This document shows positions 47,125 to 57,324 of a DNA stretch of 64,000 nucleotides, in pieces. Within the stretch, counting starts at the first letter, position 1. Each line of letters begins with the position of its first letter. This DNA comes from an uncultured Brevinematales bacterium. GTDB taxonomy: Bacteria > Spirochaetota > Brevinematia > DTOW01. The notes under the pieces were generated by a model that was not told the origin of the DNA, did not search any database, and saw only the letters and a program-made list of their open reading frames with translations. The position numbers and the translations under genes were made by a program. The DNA lies in contig CAYYXA010000047.1 of assembly GCA_964475465.1 (NCBI GenBank), positions 20,466-84,465 of the forward strand. Direction: 5' to 3'.

Positions 47125-47471
47125 CAACTTATGAGATACTCAATAACGAAATACTTCTAATAAAGCCCAAAGATGTAATAACTGTGAGTGAAGCTTTATC
47201 TTTCTCTAAGTTAGTAAATCAGATAGTTTCGAGCAAATCTGTAAAATACGTAATCATTGACTTTCAGAATACTACAGTTGTATCGAGTGCTTTCTTAAGT
47301 GCTTTACTTAGTTTGAAGAAGAGGCTTCTTGAATTGGGCGGTGAAGTAGTCCTAGTTTCATTGAACGAGAAGATAAGGAAAATATTTGAATTAGCCGAAA
47401 TAATACACCTATTTAAAACTTTCCCTTCAATAGAAGAAGGGAAGAATTATTTGTTGGGAAAGAATATCTAG
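47121..47471 (+). CDS. STAS-domain anti-sigma-factor antagonist (SpoIIAA-like).
   Basis: It has the STAS fold pattern (VIIDFQNTTVVSSAFLSALLSL). It overlaps the upstream stop. Confidence 0.7.
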   Translation: MTTYEILNNEILLIKPKDVITVSEALSFSKLVNQIVSSKSVKYVIIDFQNTTVVSSAFLSALLSLKKRLLELGGEVVLVSLNEKIRKIFELAEIIHLFKTFPSIEEGKNYLLGKNI

Positions 47472-47544
47472 GTTTCTCAAAGTCTGGTTTTTAAGTTTTA
47501 ACAACATTCGTTAGAAATTTATAATAATTCCCATGAAGAAGCTG

Positions 47545-50145
47545 ATGAGTAGAGAGATAAGAAGGATATTTTTGGAATTTTTTGAATCGAAGGGGCACAA
47601 GGTTGTTGAGAGTAGTTCTCTTATTCCTGCGGATGACCCTACACTTCTTTTTACTACTGCCGGAATGGTACAGTTCAAGCCGTATTTCTTGAGGGAAAAG
47701 GAGCCACCGTTTACTAGAGCAACTTCGGTGCAGAAGTGTTTAAGAGCTGGTGGTAAGGCTAGTGATTTAGAAAATGTTGGTAAGACGCCTAGACATCATA
47801 CATTTTTTGAAATGCTTGGTAATTTTTCGTTCGGTGATTACTTTAAAAGAGAAGCGATAAAATTTGCCTGGGAGTTTGTTACCGAAGTTGTTGAAATAGA
47901 CAAAAGTTTACTCTATGTTAGCATATACAAAGATGATGAGGAGGCTTTTGAGATATGGACCAAAGAGATAGGTGTATCACCGGATAGAGTGGTAAGGTTG
48001 GGTGAGAAAGATAATTTTTGGGGACCGCCAGGTGATGAAGGACCTTGTGGGCCTTGTTCAGAAATATATATAGACCTTAGGGATGTTTGGGGATACGATA
48101 AGGAAAAGTGTAAATCTCTTGAGGATTGTGATGGATTTTTAGAGTTTTGGAACTTAGTTTTTATGCAATATTATCAGGATAGGCATGGAAACAGGAAAGA
48201 ACTAGAATTTAAGGGAATTGATACCGGTATGGGTTTAGAAAGATTGGCTATGATACTCCAAGGTAAGAAGAGTGTCTACGAAACGGATATTTTTGAGCCT
48301 ATAATAAACAAAATATGTGAAGTTACTGGCAAGAGATATGAAGGTGATAATATAGTGCCGATGAATGTTATAGCTGACCACACTAGAGCTATCACTTTTG
48401 TTGGTTCTGAGGGGGTTTATCCTTCTAATGAAGGTAGGGGATACGTTATAAGGAGGATACTGAGGAGAGCTCTAAGGTACGCCAGCAAGATGGGAATAAA
48501 CGAACCGATAGTTTATAAGGTCATAGATGGTGTTGTTGAAAGTATGGGGGACATTTATCCTGAGATTGTAGCTAAAAGGGATGCTGTAAAGAAAGTAATA
48601 AAGGTGGAGGAGGAAAGATATTTTGATACGGTTAGTAAGGGAATTCAGTATCTTACGGGCGTTATAGAAAAATTGAGAGATATGAAGGTTAGTGTTTTGC
48701 CTGGAGAAGAAGTATTCAAGCTTTATGATTCTATGGGTGTTCCCATTGATTTGATAGAGGATATTTGTAGCGACGAAGGTATAAGCATAGAGTGGAGTAG
48801 GTTCAATGAACTTATGGAAGAGCAGAAGAAGAGGGGTAAGGTTAGTTGGAAAGGAGCAGATAAACTCGATTTTGCTGCCATTGTGAAGGATATTAAGCCA
48901 ACGAAGTATGTTGGAGATGATTGCCACGAGTATGAATCAACAATAGTTTCTTTGTTTAGATATGGAAATGGGAAGGTAGAGAAGGTTGATACTCTTGTGG
49001 AAGGTGAGGTTGGGCTTGTTATTGTTGAGGAAACACCTTTTTACGGTGAGGGGGGTGGACAGGTTGGAGATATTGGGATGATGATGAGTGATGAGAACAT
49101 AGCGATTGTCAACGATACTAAGAAGTCAAATGATGTTTATGTACACTTTGTTAAAGTTGACAAAGGAAGTTTCTCCGTGGGTAGAAAGGTTAGGTTATCT
49201 GTTGATTATGATAGAAAACTGAGTACAGCGAGACATCATACTGCTACCCATCTACTCCACGCTGCATTGAGGAAGGTTTTAGGTGAGCACGTTGTACAGT
49301 CTGGTTCTTTAGTTGAGCCTAATAGGTTGAGATTTGATTTTTCTCACTATGCACCTTTGGACGAAAAAGAAATAGAAGCTATTGAAGACGAGGTTAACGA
49401 GATGATACTAAAGAATGTAGAAGTTGTTAAGAAGTTTATGAGTAAGAAGGAAGCAATAAGCGGCGGTGCTTTGGCGTTTTTTGGTGATAAATACGGAGAT
49501 GTGGTTAGAGTGGTTGAGGTTCCAGGATTCTCGAAGGAGCTTTGCGGTGGTACTCATGTCAATAGGACGGGTGATATAGGTATGTTCAAGATAGTTGACG
49601 AAGAGTCGATAGCCTCTGGAGTTAGAAGGATAACTGCTGTTGCTGGTAAAGCTTTGCTTAACTACGTGAGAGAAAGAGAAAAGATAATCTCCTCATTGTC
49701 ATCTAGACTTAGTGTGCCTTCGAGTGATATAGTAAACAGAGTTGAAGGGTTGCTTAATAAATTAAAGGAGCTGGAAAAAGGTAAGGTCTCAAGACAAGTA
49801 AGTAAGGAAGAGATTCTTTCCTCTACTTTCGAAATAAATGGTGTTAAGGTCGTTTTTAAGGTTCTTGATAACGTTGATATAAATCAGCTTGGAGGGATAG
49901 TTGATACTATTAGGGCTGAGATCCCTAGTGTTGTTGTGATGCTTATTTCTAAATCTGACGATAAGGTTTCTTTTGTTTGTGGTACGAACGTTGATGATGT
50001 AGATTTAAGGGATGTGATAAATAATCTTTCCTCTTTAGGCGTTAAGGGTGGCGGTAGGAAAGATTTTGTCAGAGGTGGCATAGCAAAAGATAGCGACTTG
50101 GAAAAAATAAAGTCAGATTTTGTGGCTATTGTTACTAAGATTTAG
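47545..50145 (+). CDS. alaS: Alanine--tRNA ligase.
   Basis: AlaRS motifs are present (FTTAGMVQFKP, HHTFFEMLGNFSFGDYFK, the editing domain HTATHLLH, and a C-terminal DHHA1 domain). The start is at MSREIRRIFLEFF. Confidence 0.95.
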   Translation: MSREIRRIFLEFFESKGHKVVESSSLIPADDPTLLFTTAGMVQFKPYFLREKEPPFTRATSVQKCLRAGGKASDLENVGKTPRHHTFFEMLGNFSFGDYFKREAIKFAWEFVTEVVEIDKSLLYVSIYKDDEEAFEIWTKEIGVSPDRVVRLGEKDNFWGPPGDEGPCGPCSEIYIDLRDVWGYDKEKCKSLEDCDGFLEFWNLVFMQYYQDRHGNRKELEFKGIDTGMGLERLAMILQGKKSVYETDIFEPIINKICEVTGKRYEGDNIVPMNVIADHTRAITFVGSEGVYPSNEGRGYVIRRILRRALRYASKMGINEPIVYKVIDGVVESMGDIYPEIVAKRDAVKKVIKVEEERYFDTVSKGIQYLTGVIEKLRDMKVSVLPGEEVFKLYDSMGVPIDLIEDICSDEGISIEWSRFNELMEEQKKRGKVSWKGADKLDFAAIVKDIKPTKYVGDDCHEYESTIVSLFRYGNGKVEKVDTLVEGEVGLVIVEETPFYGEGGGQVGDIGMMMSDENIAIVNDTKKSNDVYVHFVKVDKGSFSVGRKVRLSVDYDRKLSTARHHTATHLLHAALRKVLGEHVVQSGSLVEPNRLRFDFSHYAPLDEKEIEAIEDEVNEMILKNVEVVKKFMSKKEAISGGALAFFGDKYGDVVRVVEVPGFSKELCGGTHVNRTGDIGMFKIVDEESIASGVRRITAVAGKALLNYVREREKIISSLSSRLSVPSSDIVNRVEGLLNKLKELEKGKVSRQVSKEEILSSTFEINGVKVVFKVLDNVDINQLGGIVDTIRAEIPSVVVMLISKSDDKVSFVCGTNVDDVDLRDVINNLSSLGVKGGGRKDFVRGGIAKDSDLEKIKSDFVAIVTKI

Positions 50146-50192
50146 AGAAATATTTCTGCTTTATTATTGCCTAGAGTTTTTGGGAGATTTTT

Positions 50193-50639
50193 ATGGTTAG
50201 AGTTAATCTTTTGAATGAGTATGGAGAGGTGGGTATCCCTGAGAGGAAAATAAAAGAGGTGATTAGGTGGGTTCTGAAGGAGATGAATAGGGATAATTCT
50301 GAGCTTAGTTTGGTCCTGTGCAACAACGATTACATACACTTTTACAATAGAGAATACAGAAAAAAGGATTACCCGACAGATGTTCTATCTTTCGTTGATG
50401 GTGAGAGAGTGGGTAAGATCACTTATCTTGGGGATATAATTATTTCAGTTGATAAAGTTAAATCTCAGAGTGAGGAGTATGGAGTGAGTTTTGAGGAGGA
50501 GTTTTCTAGACTTTTGGTTCATGGGATACTTCATCTTTTAGGGTATGACCATGAAACTAGTGAGGATGATGAGAAGGTAATGATAGGTATACAGGATAGA
50601 CTTGTTGATGAGGTGGTGAAAAAATTTTTTGGTCATTAG
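50193..50639 (+). CDS. ybeY: Endoribonuclease YbeY (rRNA maturation factor).
   Basis: The motif HGILHLLGYDHE is present. Confidence 0.85.
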   Translation: MVRVNLLNEYGEVGIPERKIKEVIRWVLKEMNRDNSELSLVLCNNDYIHFYNREYRKKDYPTDVLSFVDGERVGKITYLGDIIISVDKVKSQSEEYGVSFEEEFSRLLVHGILHLLGYDHETSEDDEKVMIGIQDRLVDEVVKKFFGH

Positions 50640-53600
50640 TATATGCTTTCTATTATTTCTTTTATTGTGCTTATCTTTTCGGCTAGATTATCAGTTTTTA
50701 TTTTTAGTAATATTTCGTTTTGGGCTCTTTGTGAAAATTCAAGAGGGTACTTGTTGCTAAGAAGTAGAGCTGTGAACTTTTCGGGATCCGGTAGACTTTT
50801 GGGTGAAAATCTTATGTATATGCCCTCTGAAGATTCTGATACTTCTTCTATTTGGTACTTTTTTAGGTAGATTCTGAACTTTACTATTTCTGATAGTTTT
50901 AGCAGACCTTCTGGTAGTATTCCATATCTGTCTTTGAACTCTTCAAGTATGAAGTTTAATTGTTTCTCGGTGAATGCTATATTTAGCTTAAGCATTATTT
51001 CTATCTTTTCGCTGTCGGGGATTTTTATGTCTGGTGGGAATATTCTGTCAAATGTGAAGTATACTACAGGATCTGAATACTCGATTGGCTCACCGCCTTC
51101 CGCTACAATTCTTAGTGTTTCTGATAGCATTCTTGTGTAAAATACATATCCTACGCTTTTTATGTTGCCGTGTTGTTCTTTGCCTAGCAGGTTTCCCGCC
51201 CCTCTCATTTCTAAATCTTTTAGTGCTATTCTGAAGCCTGCCCCCAGATCTGAGTGTTCTTCTATGGCGTTTAGTCTTTTCATCTGGAGTTCCGTTAAAA
51301 TGTACTTAGATGGATATATAAGGTAAGCATATCCTTCTATACTTCCTCTACCGACCCTACCTCTTATCTGGTGTAGATCTGCTAGCCCGAACATATGAGC
51401 GTTGTTTATTATTACTGTGTTGACGTTTGGCATGTCGAGCCCTGACTCTGAAATTATAGTTGATACCATTACCTTATACTTGTCATTTAGAAAATCGAGG
51501 AATACGTTTTCAATTGTTGATCTATTGAGTTGCCCATGAAGTAGACATACATCCTTTTCATCTATTATCTCTTTCGACAATTCTAGTATCTTCTCTTTTA
51601 ATTTGTCTATTGTTTCTACTTTGTCATTAATTATCAACACCTTTCCGCCCCTTTCGATTTCGTGTTTTATTGCTTCTCTTATTATCTCGTTGTTCCATTC
51701 TACTATGAAGGTTTTTATTGGTTTCCTCGATTTTGGAGGTGTTGTTATCAATGAGATGTCTCTTAGATTTGCCAGGCTCATGCCTAAGGTTCGTGGTATT
51801 GGTGTTGCCGAAAGCATTAGGACATCTATATTTTCATAACCTTTGAGTATATTTTCTTTGTGAGTGACGCCGAATTTGTGTTCTTCGTCAATTATTATTA
51901 GGCCTAGGTTCTTGAATCTTTTCAGTGCCCCATTCTCTGAAATTAGTGAGTGGGTGCCTATGAGTATGTCTATGTTGCCCTTTTCTACCTCTTCTAGCGT
52001 TTTTTTTACTTCCGAATCAGTTTTGAGCCTTGATATTACATCAACTTTGACGCCGAAGTTTTCAAATCTTTTTGAGAAATTCCTGAAGTGCTGTTCAGCA
52101 AGTATGGTAGTAGGGACGAGAACCATTACCTGCTTGCCGTTTAACACATAGAGATATGATGTTCTCATCGCTATTTCAGTTTTGCCGAATCCAACGTCAC
52201 CGCAAACAACTCTGTCCATTACTTTGTGAGAGGTGAGATCGTTTTTTATCTCTTCCATAACTTTTATTTGGTCTGGTGTTTCTTCATAAGGGAAACTATC
52301 TTCAAACATTTCGTATTCCTCAAAGTCAACTCTCATTGGTTCCTTTGAGAATGATTGCCTAGTTGCTTTTATTCTCAGAAGGTCCCTCGAGAACTTTAAT
52401 ATGCTTTCCTGTACCTTCTTTTTTATTGATTTCCAGTTTTCTTTTTTGAGAGAGCTTAGTTCTACCTTTTCGCTGCCTATGTATTTGCTCAATAGATTAA
52501 ACTGTTCAGGTGGTAAGTAAAGTATGTCTTCATTTGCGAACTCTAAGACAGCGAATTCTTTAGGTTTGCCGAGATAGTTTAGTTCCTTTAGTCCTCTAAA
52601 TATTGCTATTCCATAGTTTGCATGTACTACGTAGTCACCTTCCTTTACTTTTTCGAAAAAGAAGATATCTTTTAATTCTTCTGAAGATAAGGAATTATCT
52701 TCAAACTCGTATCCGAATTCTTCTTTCCCAAAAAGCTCTTTAGGTGTGATTGCCATTATTTCATTTGATTCGGCACCGTTTGGCAGCAGGATACCTTCGA
52801 GTATCAGTACTTTGCCTTTTTCATGATTTTCCAATAGGTTGTTGTCAAATTTTTTTATTTCGAAAGGAATTCTATATTTTTCGAATAGTTTTTTGGCCTT
52901 TGTTGTATATTTCTCATTTGGTGAGAAGAAAAAGATTGTTTTAGAGAGGTTGGATAAGATGTATTTTGAAAGTAGTTTATAATTAGGTAGAATGCTATTA
53001 GAAGTTGAGAAGTTGGGTAGACTTTCAAATTTGGTTTTCTCTATGTATTTTATTTTTTCTAAGTTTTCTGTGATTAGTTCGCTGGGAGGTAAAAAATTTT
53101 CTTTGTTCTTTGTTTCATGATAGAGCTTTTCAATCCTTTCTTTCAGAGAAAGAAATTTGTTGATTAGCGTATCTTTAGGTATCAGTGATATAATATTTCC
53201 TATTTTCTCTAACTCTATCAGGCTTCTTAGTTTGGTTTTGAAAAGTGTGCTCAAATCACATTCAAATGGTGGATATATTGTTACTTCTTCTAGTTTTGAT
53301 ACACTTACTTGTGTTTCTGGGTCAAATACCTTTATTGCTTTAATTTCGTCAAATTCAAATACTATCCTTACAGGGTTTTCATAAATTGGTGGGAATATAT
53401 CGACAGTGCTTCCTTTGTGTGTCATTGTGCCATAATCTTCTACTTTCTCAACTACTTCGTAGTAGTTACCTAAGGTTTCGAATAGTTTGGTTAGGTTTTC
53501 ACCTTCACCTACTCTTAGGGATGTTATTGGACATAAGTTATCTTCGTTAATTGTTTTTATACAAGCTCCTTCAAGTGAGGTGAGAACCACGAAGTTTTTT

Positions 53601-53836
53601 CTGGTTATTAGTTTTATCAGAGTGTTTTGCCTATCTTTGAGGTTATCGATCGGTGGTACTGAATTTATGTATGGTACTATGTTTAGATCAGGGAAAGTTA
53701 GGAAATTTAGTCCTTTTGTTAGGTTATTTATAGCGTCTAATTCTTCCTCTTCTACTATTACGATTGCGTTTTGAGAATTTTTTATGTCGGGATCAAAGAG
53801 AATTTCGTAAAGCCAGTTATAATTTTTCTTTAGCAT
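50636..53836 (-). CDS. mfd: Transcription-repair coupling factor.
   Basis: It is a superfamily-2 helicase (GDVGFGKTE, DEEH) with Mfd-specific N- and C-terminal modules. It is 1066 aa. Confidence 0.9.
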   Translation of the reverse strand: MLKKNYNWLYEILFDPDIKNSQNAIVIVEEEELDAINNLTKGLNFLTFPDLNIVPYINSVPPIDNLKDRQNTLIKLITRKNFVVLTSLEGACIKTINEDNLCPITSLRVGEGENLTKLFETLGNYYEVVEKVEDYGTMTHKGSTVDIFPPIYENPVRIVFEFDEIKAIKVFDPETQVSVSKLEEVTIYPPFECDLSTLFKTKLRSLIELEKIGNIISLIPKDTLINKFLSLKERIEKLYHETKNKENFLPPSELITENLEKIKYIEKTKFESLPNFSTSNSILPNYKLLSKYILSNLSKTIFFFSPNEKYTTKAKKLFEKYRIPFEIKKFDNNLLENHEKGKVLILEGILLPNGAESNEIMAITPKELFGKEEFGYEFEDNSLSSEELKDIFFFEKVKEGDYVVHANYGIAIFRGLKELNYLGKPKEFAVLEFANEDILYLPPEQFNLLSKYIGSEKVELSSLKKENWKSIKKKVQESILKFSRDLLRIKATRQSFSKEPMRVDFEEYEMFEDSFPYEETPDQIKVMEEIKNDLTSHKVMDRVVCGDVGFGKTEIAMRTSYLYVLNGKQVMVLVPTTILAEQHFRNFSKRFENFGVKVDVISRLKTDSEVKKTLEEVEKGNIDILIGTHSLISENGALKRFKNLGLIIIDEEHKFGVTHKENILKGYENIDVLMLSATPIPRTLGMSLANLRDISLITTPPKSRKPIKTFIVEWNNEIIREAIKHEIERGGKVLIINDKVETIDKLKEKILELSKEIIDEKDVCLLHGQLNRSTIENVFLDFLNDKYKVMVSTIISESGLDMPNVNTVIINNAHMFGLADLHQIRGRVGRGSIEGYAYLIYPSKYILTELQMKRLNAIEEHSDLGAGFRIALKDLEMRGAGNLLGKEQHGNIKSVGYVFYTRMLSETLRIVAEGGEPIEYSDPVVYFTFDRIFPPDIKIPDSEKIEIMLKLNIAFTEKQLNFILEEFKDRYGILPEGLLKLSEIVKFRIYLKKYQIEEVSESSEGIYIRFSPKSLPDPEKFTALLLSNKYPLEFSQRAQNEILLKIKTDNLAEKISTIKEIIESIY

Positions 53837-53848
53837 TTGAGGAACCTT

Positions 53849-54358
53849 TTAGAGTTTTGATAAAAACTCTATTGCCTTGCTCGAAAATCTGTTTTTCTCA
53901 GATAAGCACTTGTTTATGGTTTCTCTTGTTATTGTGTACCTATAAAAAATTTGATATTTGCCACTTTTCAGTTGTTGCCAATAATACCCACTTAGAACAA
54001 GTTTTAGTTCTTTAGCTAATAGGTTGGCGTCAGGTATGAAGTCCTGCAAATATACTTCTAAGTAATCTTGGGGGTTTAGGATTCTATCATCTGGGTAACT
54101 TGATTCTGTACCGATTACGAAGTATGAATCTTCTGGTGATTTTTGAATGATGCCTTCGGCATTTAGTTTTATTACCCACTCAGGAATAGGTCCTTTACCT
54201 TGGAAAGAAGAGCTATTTTGAATTATTTCGTCTTGATTAAGTACAGGTTTTATAAACCTTACCTGAGGTTTTGGGGTAGGGCAGCCATATACTATAATAA
54301 AAGTGATTAACAATATTAGTGAAAGCTTTAAGACTTTCTTAGCTTTGCACATAGCCAA
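53849..54358 (-). CDS. Hypothetical lipoprotein.
   Basis: It has a signal peptide with a lipobox-like IVYGC. It has no recognisable family. Confidence 0.4.
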   Translation of the reverse strand: MAMCKAKKVLKLSLILLITFIIVYGCPTPKPQVRFIKPVLNQDEIIQNSSSFQGKGPIPEWVIKLNAEGIIQKSPEDSYFVIGTESSYPDDRILNPQDYLEVYLQDFIPDANLLAKELKLVLSGYYWQQLKSGKYQIFYRYTITRETINKCLSEKNRFSSKAIEFLSKL

Positions 54359-54496
54359 GCTATAGAAATTATCATAGTTTACTCACTGATATTTCAATTT
54401 GCCCTGATATCCTAAATACATTGCGCCAAATGTTATTTCTTTGTTGGGTATTCGGGGAACAAAAAGAGGTAAGCTTTTGATATTGTAAAGTAGTAG

Positions 54497-54910
54497 TTAT
54501 TCTCCTATAACTTTTACTATTAGCCTTTTTTTTCTTTGCCCATCAAATTCAGCATAGAATATTTCCTGCCATGGTCCTAAGTCAAGATTTCCGTTTGTTA
54601 TTGGGACAATAACCTGGTGATGAACTAGTATGTTCCTTAGGTGAGCATAACCGTTGTCTTCACCTGTGTGATGATGGTGGTAGTGAGCATTCATTGGTGC
54701 TAGCCTCTCTAGCATTTCGTCTAGGTCTTTTAAAAAACCTGATTCGTTGTCGTTTACAAACACACCGGCTGTTATGTGCATTGCGGATACCAGTGCGAAA
54801 CCTTCCTTTATGCCACTCTTCTTTACGACTTCTCTTACTTTGTCGGTGATTCTTATGTATTCTATCCTTTTTTGAGTGTTGAACCAGAAATATTCTGTGT
54901 ACGATTTCAT
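54497..54910 (-). CDS. YjbQ/UPF0047-family protein.
   Basis: The UPF0047 signature is present ([17 protein letters not shown]...HHHH...GPWQEI). Confidence 0.75.
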   Translation of the reverse strand: MKSYTEYFWFNTQKRIEYIRITDKVREVVKKSGIKEGFALVSAMHITAGVFVNDNESGFLKDLDEMLERLAPMNAHYHHHHTGEDNGYAHLRNILVHHQVIVPITNGNLDLGPWQEIFYAEFDGQRKKRLIVKVIGE

Positions 54911-55210
54911 ACTTTAATTTTGGAGTATGAAAACTAGAAAAATCATCTTGAGAAAGCCTTATGTGAACATCCCGGTGGTGGAAAACAAGCTAGGAAGTTA
55001 GCTTTTATAGAGATTTTGTGCTTAAACTCATTGCTCACTTAATTAAAAAAGTGCTATGGGGGTGATAAAGTATTATAACCACTTTTTGATTGGGTAATTA
55101 AGGAAAAGTGATCCTGTAAAAGACTTTTTTGGTGAAGTGAAGTTAATCTTAGCTTTATGGTAGAGTTATAGATTTACTAGATTAAGTAATCTATTATTTC
55201 TTCCGAATTT

Positions 55211-55239
55211 ATTGAAAGTAGAAAGTAAATATCTTATAA
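55211..55239 (+). promoter_or_regulatory. Sigma-70 promoter TTGAAA-17-TATAAT upstream of the STAS gene.
   Basis: TTGAAA is at 55211-55216 and TATAAT at 55234-55239. A GGGGGGA RBS follows. Confidence 0.45.
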
Positions 55240-55270
55240 TTCTTGCTAAGAAGGTTTTAGGGGGGATTAT

Positions 55271-55609
55271 ATGGAAGTAACGAGAAGGGAAATAGGGGAT
55301 GTTGTCGTCTTTGATGTTGTTGGCGAAATAGATCTTTACAATGCTCCTACGATAAAGGAAATGGTAAGACAAGAGATTGAAAAAGGTAAAGTAAATATTG
55401 TTGTAAATTTAGATAAAGTTAGTTATATAGATTCTTCCGGTATAGGTGTCTTAATATCTAGTTTGTCTAACCTAAAGAAGGTTGGAGGAGGATTGAAGTT
55501 AGCTAATGTTTATGCTTCTGTTAGGAAAGTCTTTGAGTTAACGAAATTGACGGGTTTCTTTGATATATACGATTCTGTTGAGAATGCGGTAAATGCTTTT
55601 AATCAGTAA
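55271..55609 (+). CDS. STAS-domain anti-sigma-factor antagonist.
   Basis: It has the STAS fold and a phosphorylatable Ser region (IDSSGIGVLI). Confidence 0.75.
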   Translation: MEVTRREIGDVVVFDVVGEIDLYNAPTIKEMVRQEIEKGKVNIVVNLDKVSYIDSSGIGVLISSLSNLKKVGGGLKLANVYASVRKVFELTKLTGFFDIYDSVENAVNAFNQ

Positions 55610-55628
55610 AGTTTTGCTTTAGTTGCCC

Positions 55629-55658
55629 AAGGTAAAAAGGGAGGTTGAACCTCCTTTA
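55629..55658 (-). terminator. Rho-independent terminator for flgC (minus-strand RNA AAAGGAGG-uucaa-CCUCCCUUU followed by UUUUAC).
   Basis: The hairpin abuts the flgC stop codon. The U-run is present only in the minus orientation. Confidence 0.5.
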
Positions 55659-56111
55659 TCTTCCTATCTGTAGCGATTTTTCGAACATTTGTCTTGTTGA
55701 GTTTATAACTGTTACGTTCGCTTCGTATGCTCTTGATGCTGATATGAGGTCTACCATTTCTTGGACTATATTGACGTTTGGATAGAGAACGTAACCTTTG
55801 TATTTCCCGTGCTTTATGGCGTCGGGGTGTGAAGGATCGTATACTAACCTCGGGGGAGAGTTGTCTTTCTCTACTCTTACAACTTTTACACCTGCTCCTT
55901 GGCCTGGCTGGAGTGCTTCAGGTAAAAGGTGGCTTTTGAATTTTAGGCTATCATCTCTTGGCATAAGGACAACTCTTTGCCTTTGGTAAGGACCACCTTC
56001 TGTCGTTCTGGTTGTTTCAGCGTTTGCTATGTTGTTTGCTATGACGTCCAACCTAAATCTTTGAGCTGTTAATCCGCTACCACCAATGTTAAGAGCTGTG
56101 AACATCCCCAT
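55656..56111 (-). CDS. flgC: Flagellar basal-body rod protein FlgC.
   Basis: It has the rod-family N-terminus (LDVIANNIANAETTRT) and C-terminus. No flgB is adjacent. Confidence 0.85.
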   Translation of the reverse strand: MGMFTALNIGGSGLTAQRFRLDVIANNIANAETTRTTEGGPYQRQRVVLMPRDDSLKFKSHLLPEALQPGQGAGVKVVRVEKDNSPPRLVYDPSHPDAIKHGKYKGYVLYPNVNIVQEMVDLISASRAYEANVTVINSTRQMFEKSLQIGR

Positions 56112-56120
56112 ACACTATTA

Positions 56121-56147
56121 TGATCGGCTAGAAGAAAAAGGTTTTTA
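56121..56147 (-). promoter_or_regulatory. Near-consensus sigma-28 (FliA) promoter TAAA-N15-GCCGATcA immediately upstream of flgC.
   Basis: On the minus strand, CTAAA-aacctttttcttcta-GCCGATCA reads directly into the flgC start. The -35 element overlaps the stop codon of the upstream cvpA-like gene. Confidence 0.4.
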
Positions 56148-56609
56148 GAAGATTTTTATTCCTATCACTAGCTTAAGGATATTTTCGAATATCCTTAAGA
56201 AACTTGATGAATCTAGGATATAATATAGCTGTGGTATGAAGCCGGAAAATATCACAAGGTATCCTATTATCAATATACCATTCATTAAGAACTGAAGTAG
56301 TCCTATTGTTCTGTCTACTATCTTGGGTTCTATATCTCCAACGAGGTTATATATTTTTTCTGCTAAGGGTTTAAAAACAAAAAACGTTACCACTGAGGTG
56401 ATGGCTAGTATACCTAATTCTATGAGTATTAGGTATTCCTTTATGAGAAAGTGTTTGAAAATTCTGTAGACTATTGCGTTTATTAGTGTTATTACAAAAA
56501 AGTAAAATGTTATTCTTAGGCTTTTTCTGAATCCTGACCAGAAGCCAAAGAGAAGCAAGGCGATGTATAGAAGAGCTCCAAGTACATCTAAGGTTTTTGA
56601 CAACCACAT
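56145..56609 (-). CDS. CvpA-like small integral membrane protein.
   Basis: It has four predicted TM helices and is CvpA-like in size and N-terminus. The assignment is tentative. Confidence 0.4.
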   Translation of the reverse strand: MWLSKTLDVLGALLYIALLLFGFWSGFRKSLRITFYFFVITLINAIVYRIFKHFLIKEYLILIELGILAITSVVTFFVFKPLAEKIYNLVGDIEPKIVDRTIGLLQFLMNGILIIGYLVIFSGFIPQLYYILDSSSFLRIFENILKLVIGIKIF

Positions 56610-56850
56610 ACGTAAGAATTCTAAATAGGTGCGTTTGTTCCTTTCTAGTTGGTAAGATTGCGCTAAGAGAATGTTCTTAGGTGTCTTGTTCGGTATGTTT
56701 TGTATTAGAGTTACTTGATTTAACTAATATCTGGGACTTTGAGTGAGAATGAAAAATTCCTGTTGGGCAAGAAATGCTATTAGGCATATTGCCTTGGGAA
56801 ATTACTAAAAGAAAATTGTTTCTTAACGAAATTAATAATGGAGGGTTTGT

Positions 56851-57324
56851 ATGATAGTGAACAACAACTATAGTCTTGATCTGGTTTCTCGAAGGCAGCA
56901 AGCGGTAGATGCTGCTACGAAGGAGGAGATAAGAAAGTTAAATGAGATGCTTAGAGAAAATCATCAAGGTAGTAAGCTTGAGTTGGCTGAAACTGATTTC
57001 CTTAAAATATTGACTACTCAGCTAAAAACCCAAGATCCTACAAACCCTGTGGATGACAAAAATTTCATTACTCAGATGGCTCAGTTAACTTCGATAAGAG
57101 AGTTGAATAATCTTAACAGAAATATTCTGTCACTTGTTTCTCAAAACTCTATAAATAGTTCTTTGTCAATGATATCCAAGACTATAAGTTGGATAGATAA
57201 CCAAACGGGTCAGTCCATGTCTGATAAGGTTGTGGGTGTGAGGCTTAATGAGAACGGAGAAGTTTTCTTGAAGACTTCTAAGGGTGTCTTTGTTTCAATT
57301 AAGGACGTTATAGAGGTGGAGTGA
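56851..57324 (+). CDS. flgD: Flagellar hook assembly/capping protein FlgD.
   Basis: The FlgD N-domain is present (TDFLKILTTQLKTQDPTNPVDDKNFITQMAQLTSI). The RBS is GGAGGG. Confidence 0.7.
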   Translation: MIVNNNYSLDLVSRRQQAVDAATKEEIRKLNEMLRENHQGSKLELAETDFLKILTTQLKTQDPTNPVDDKNFITQMAQLTSIRELNNLNRNILSLVSQNSINSSLSMISKTISWIDNQTGQSMSDKVVGVRLNENGEVFLKTSKGVFVSIKDVIEVE

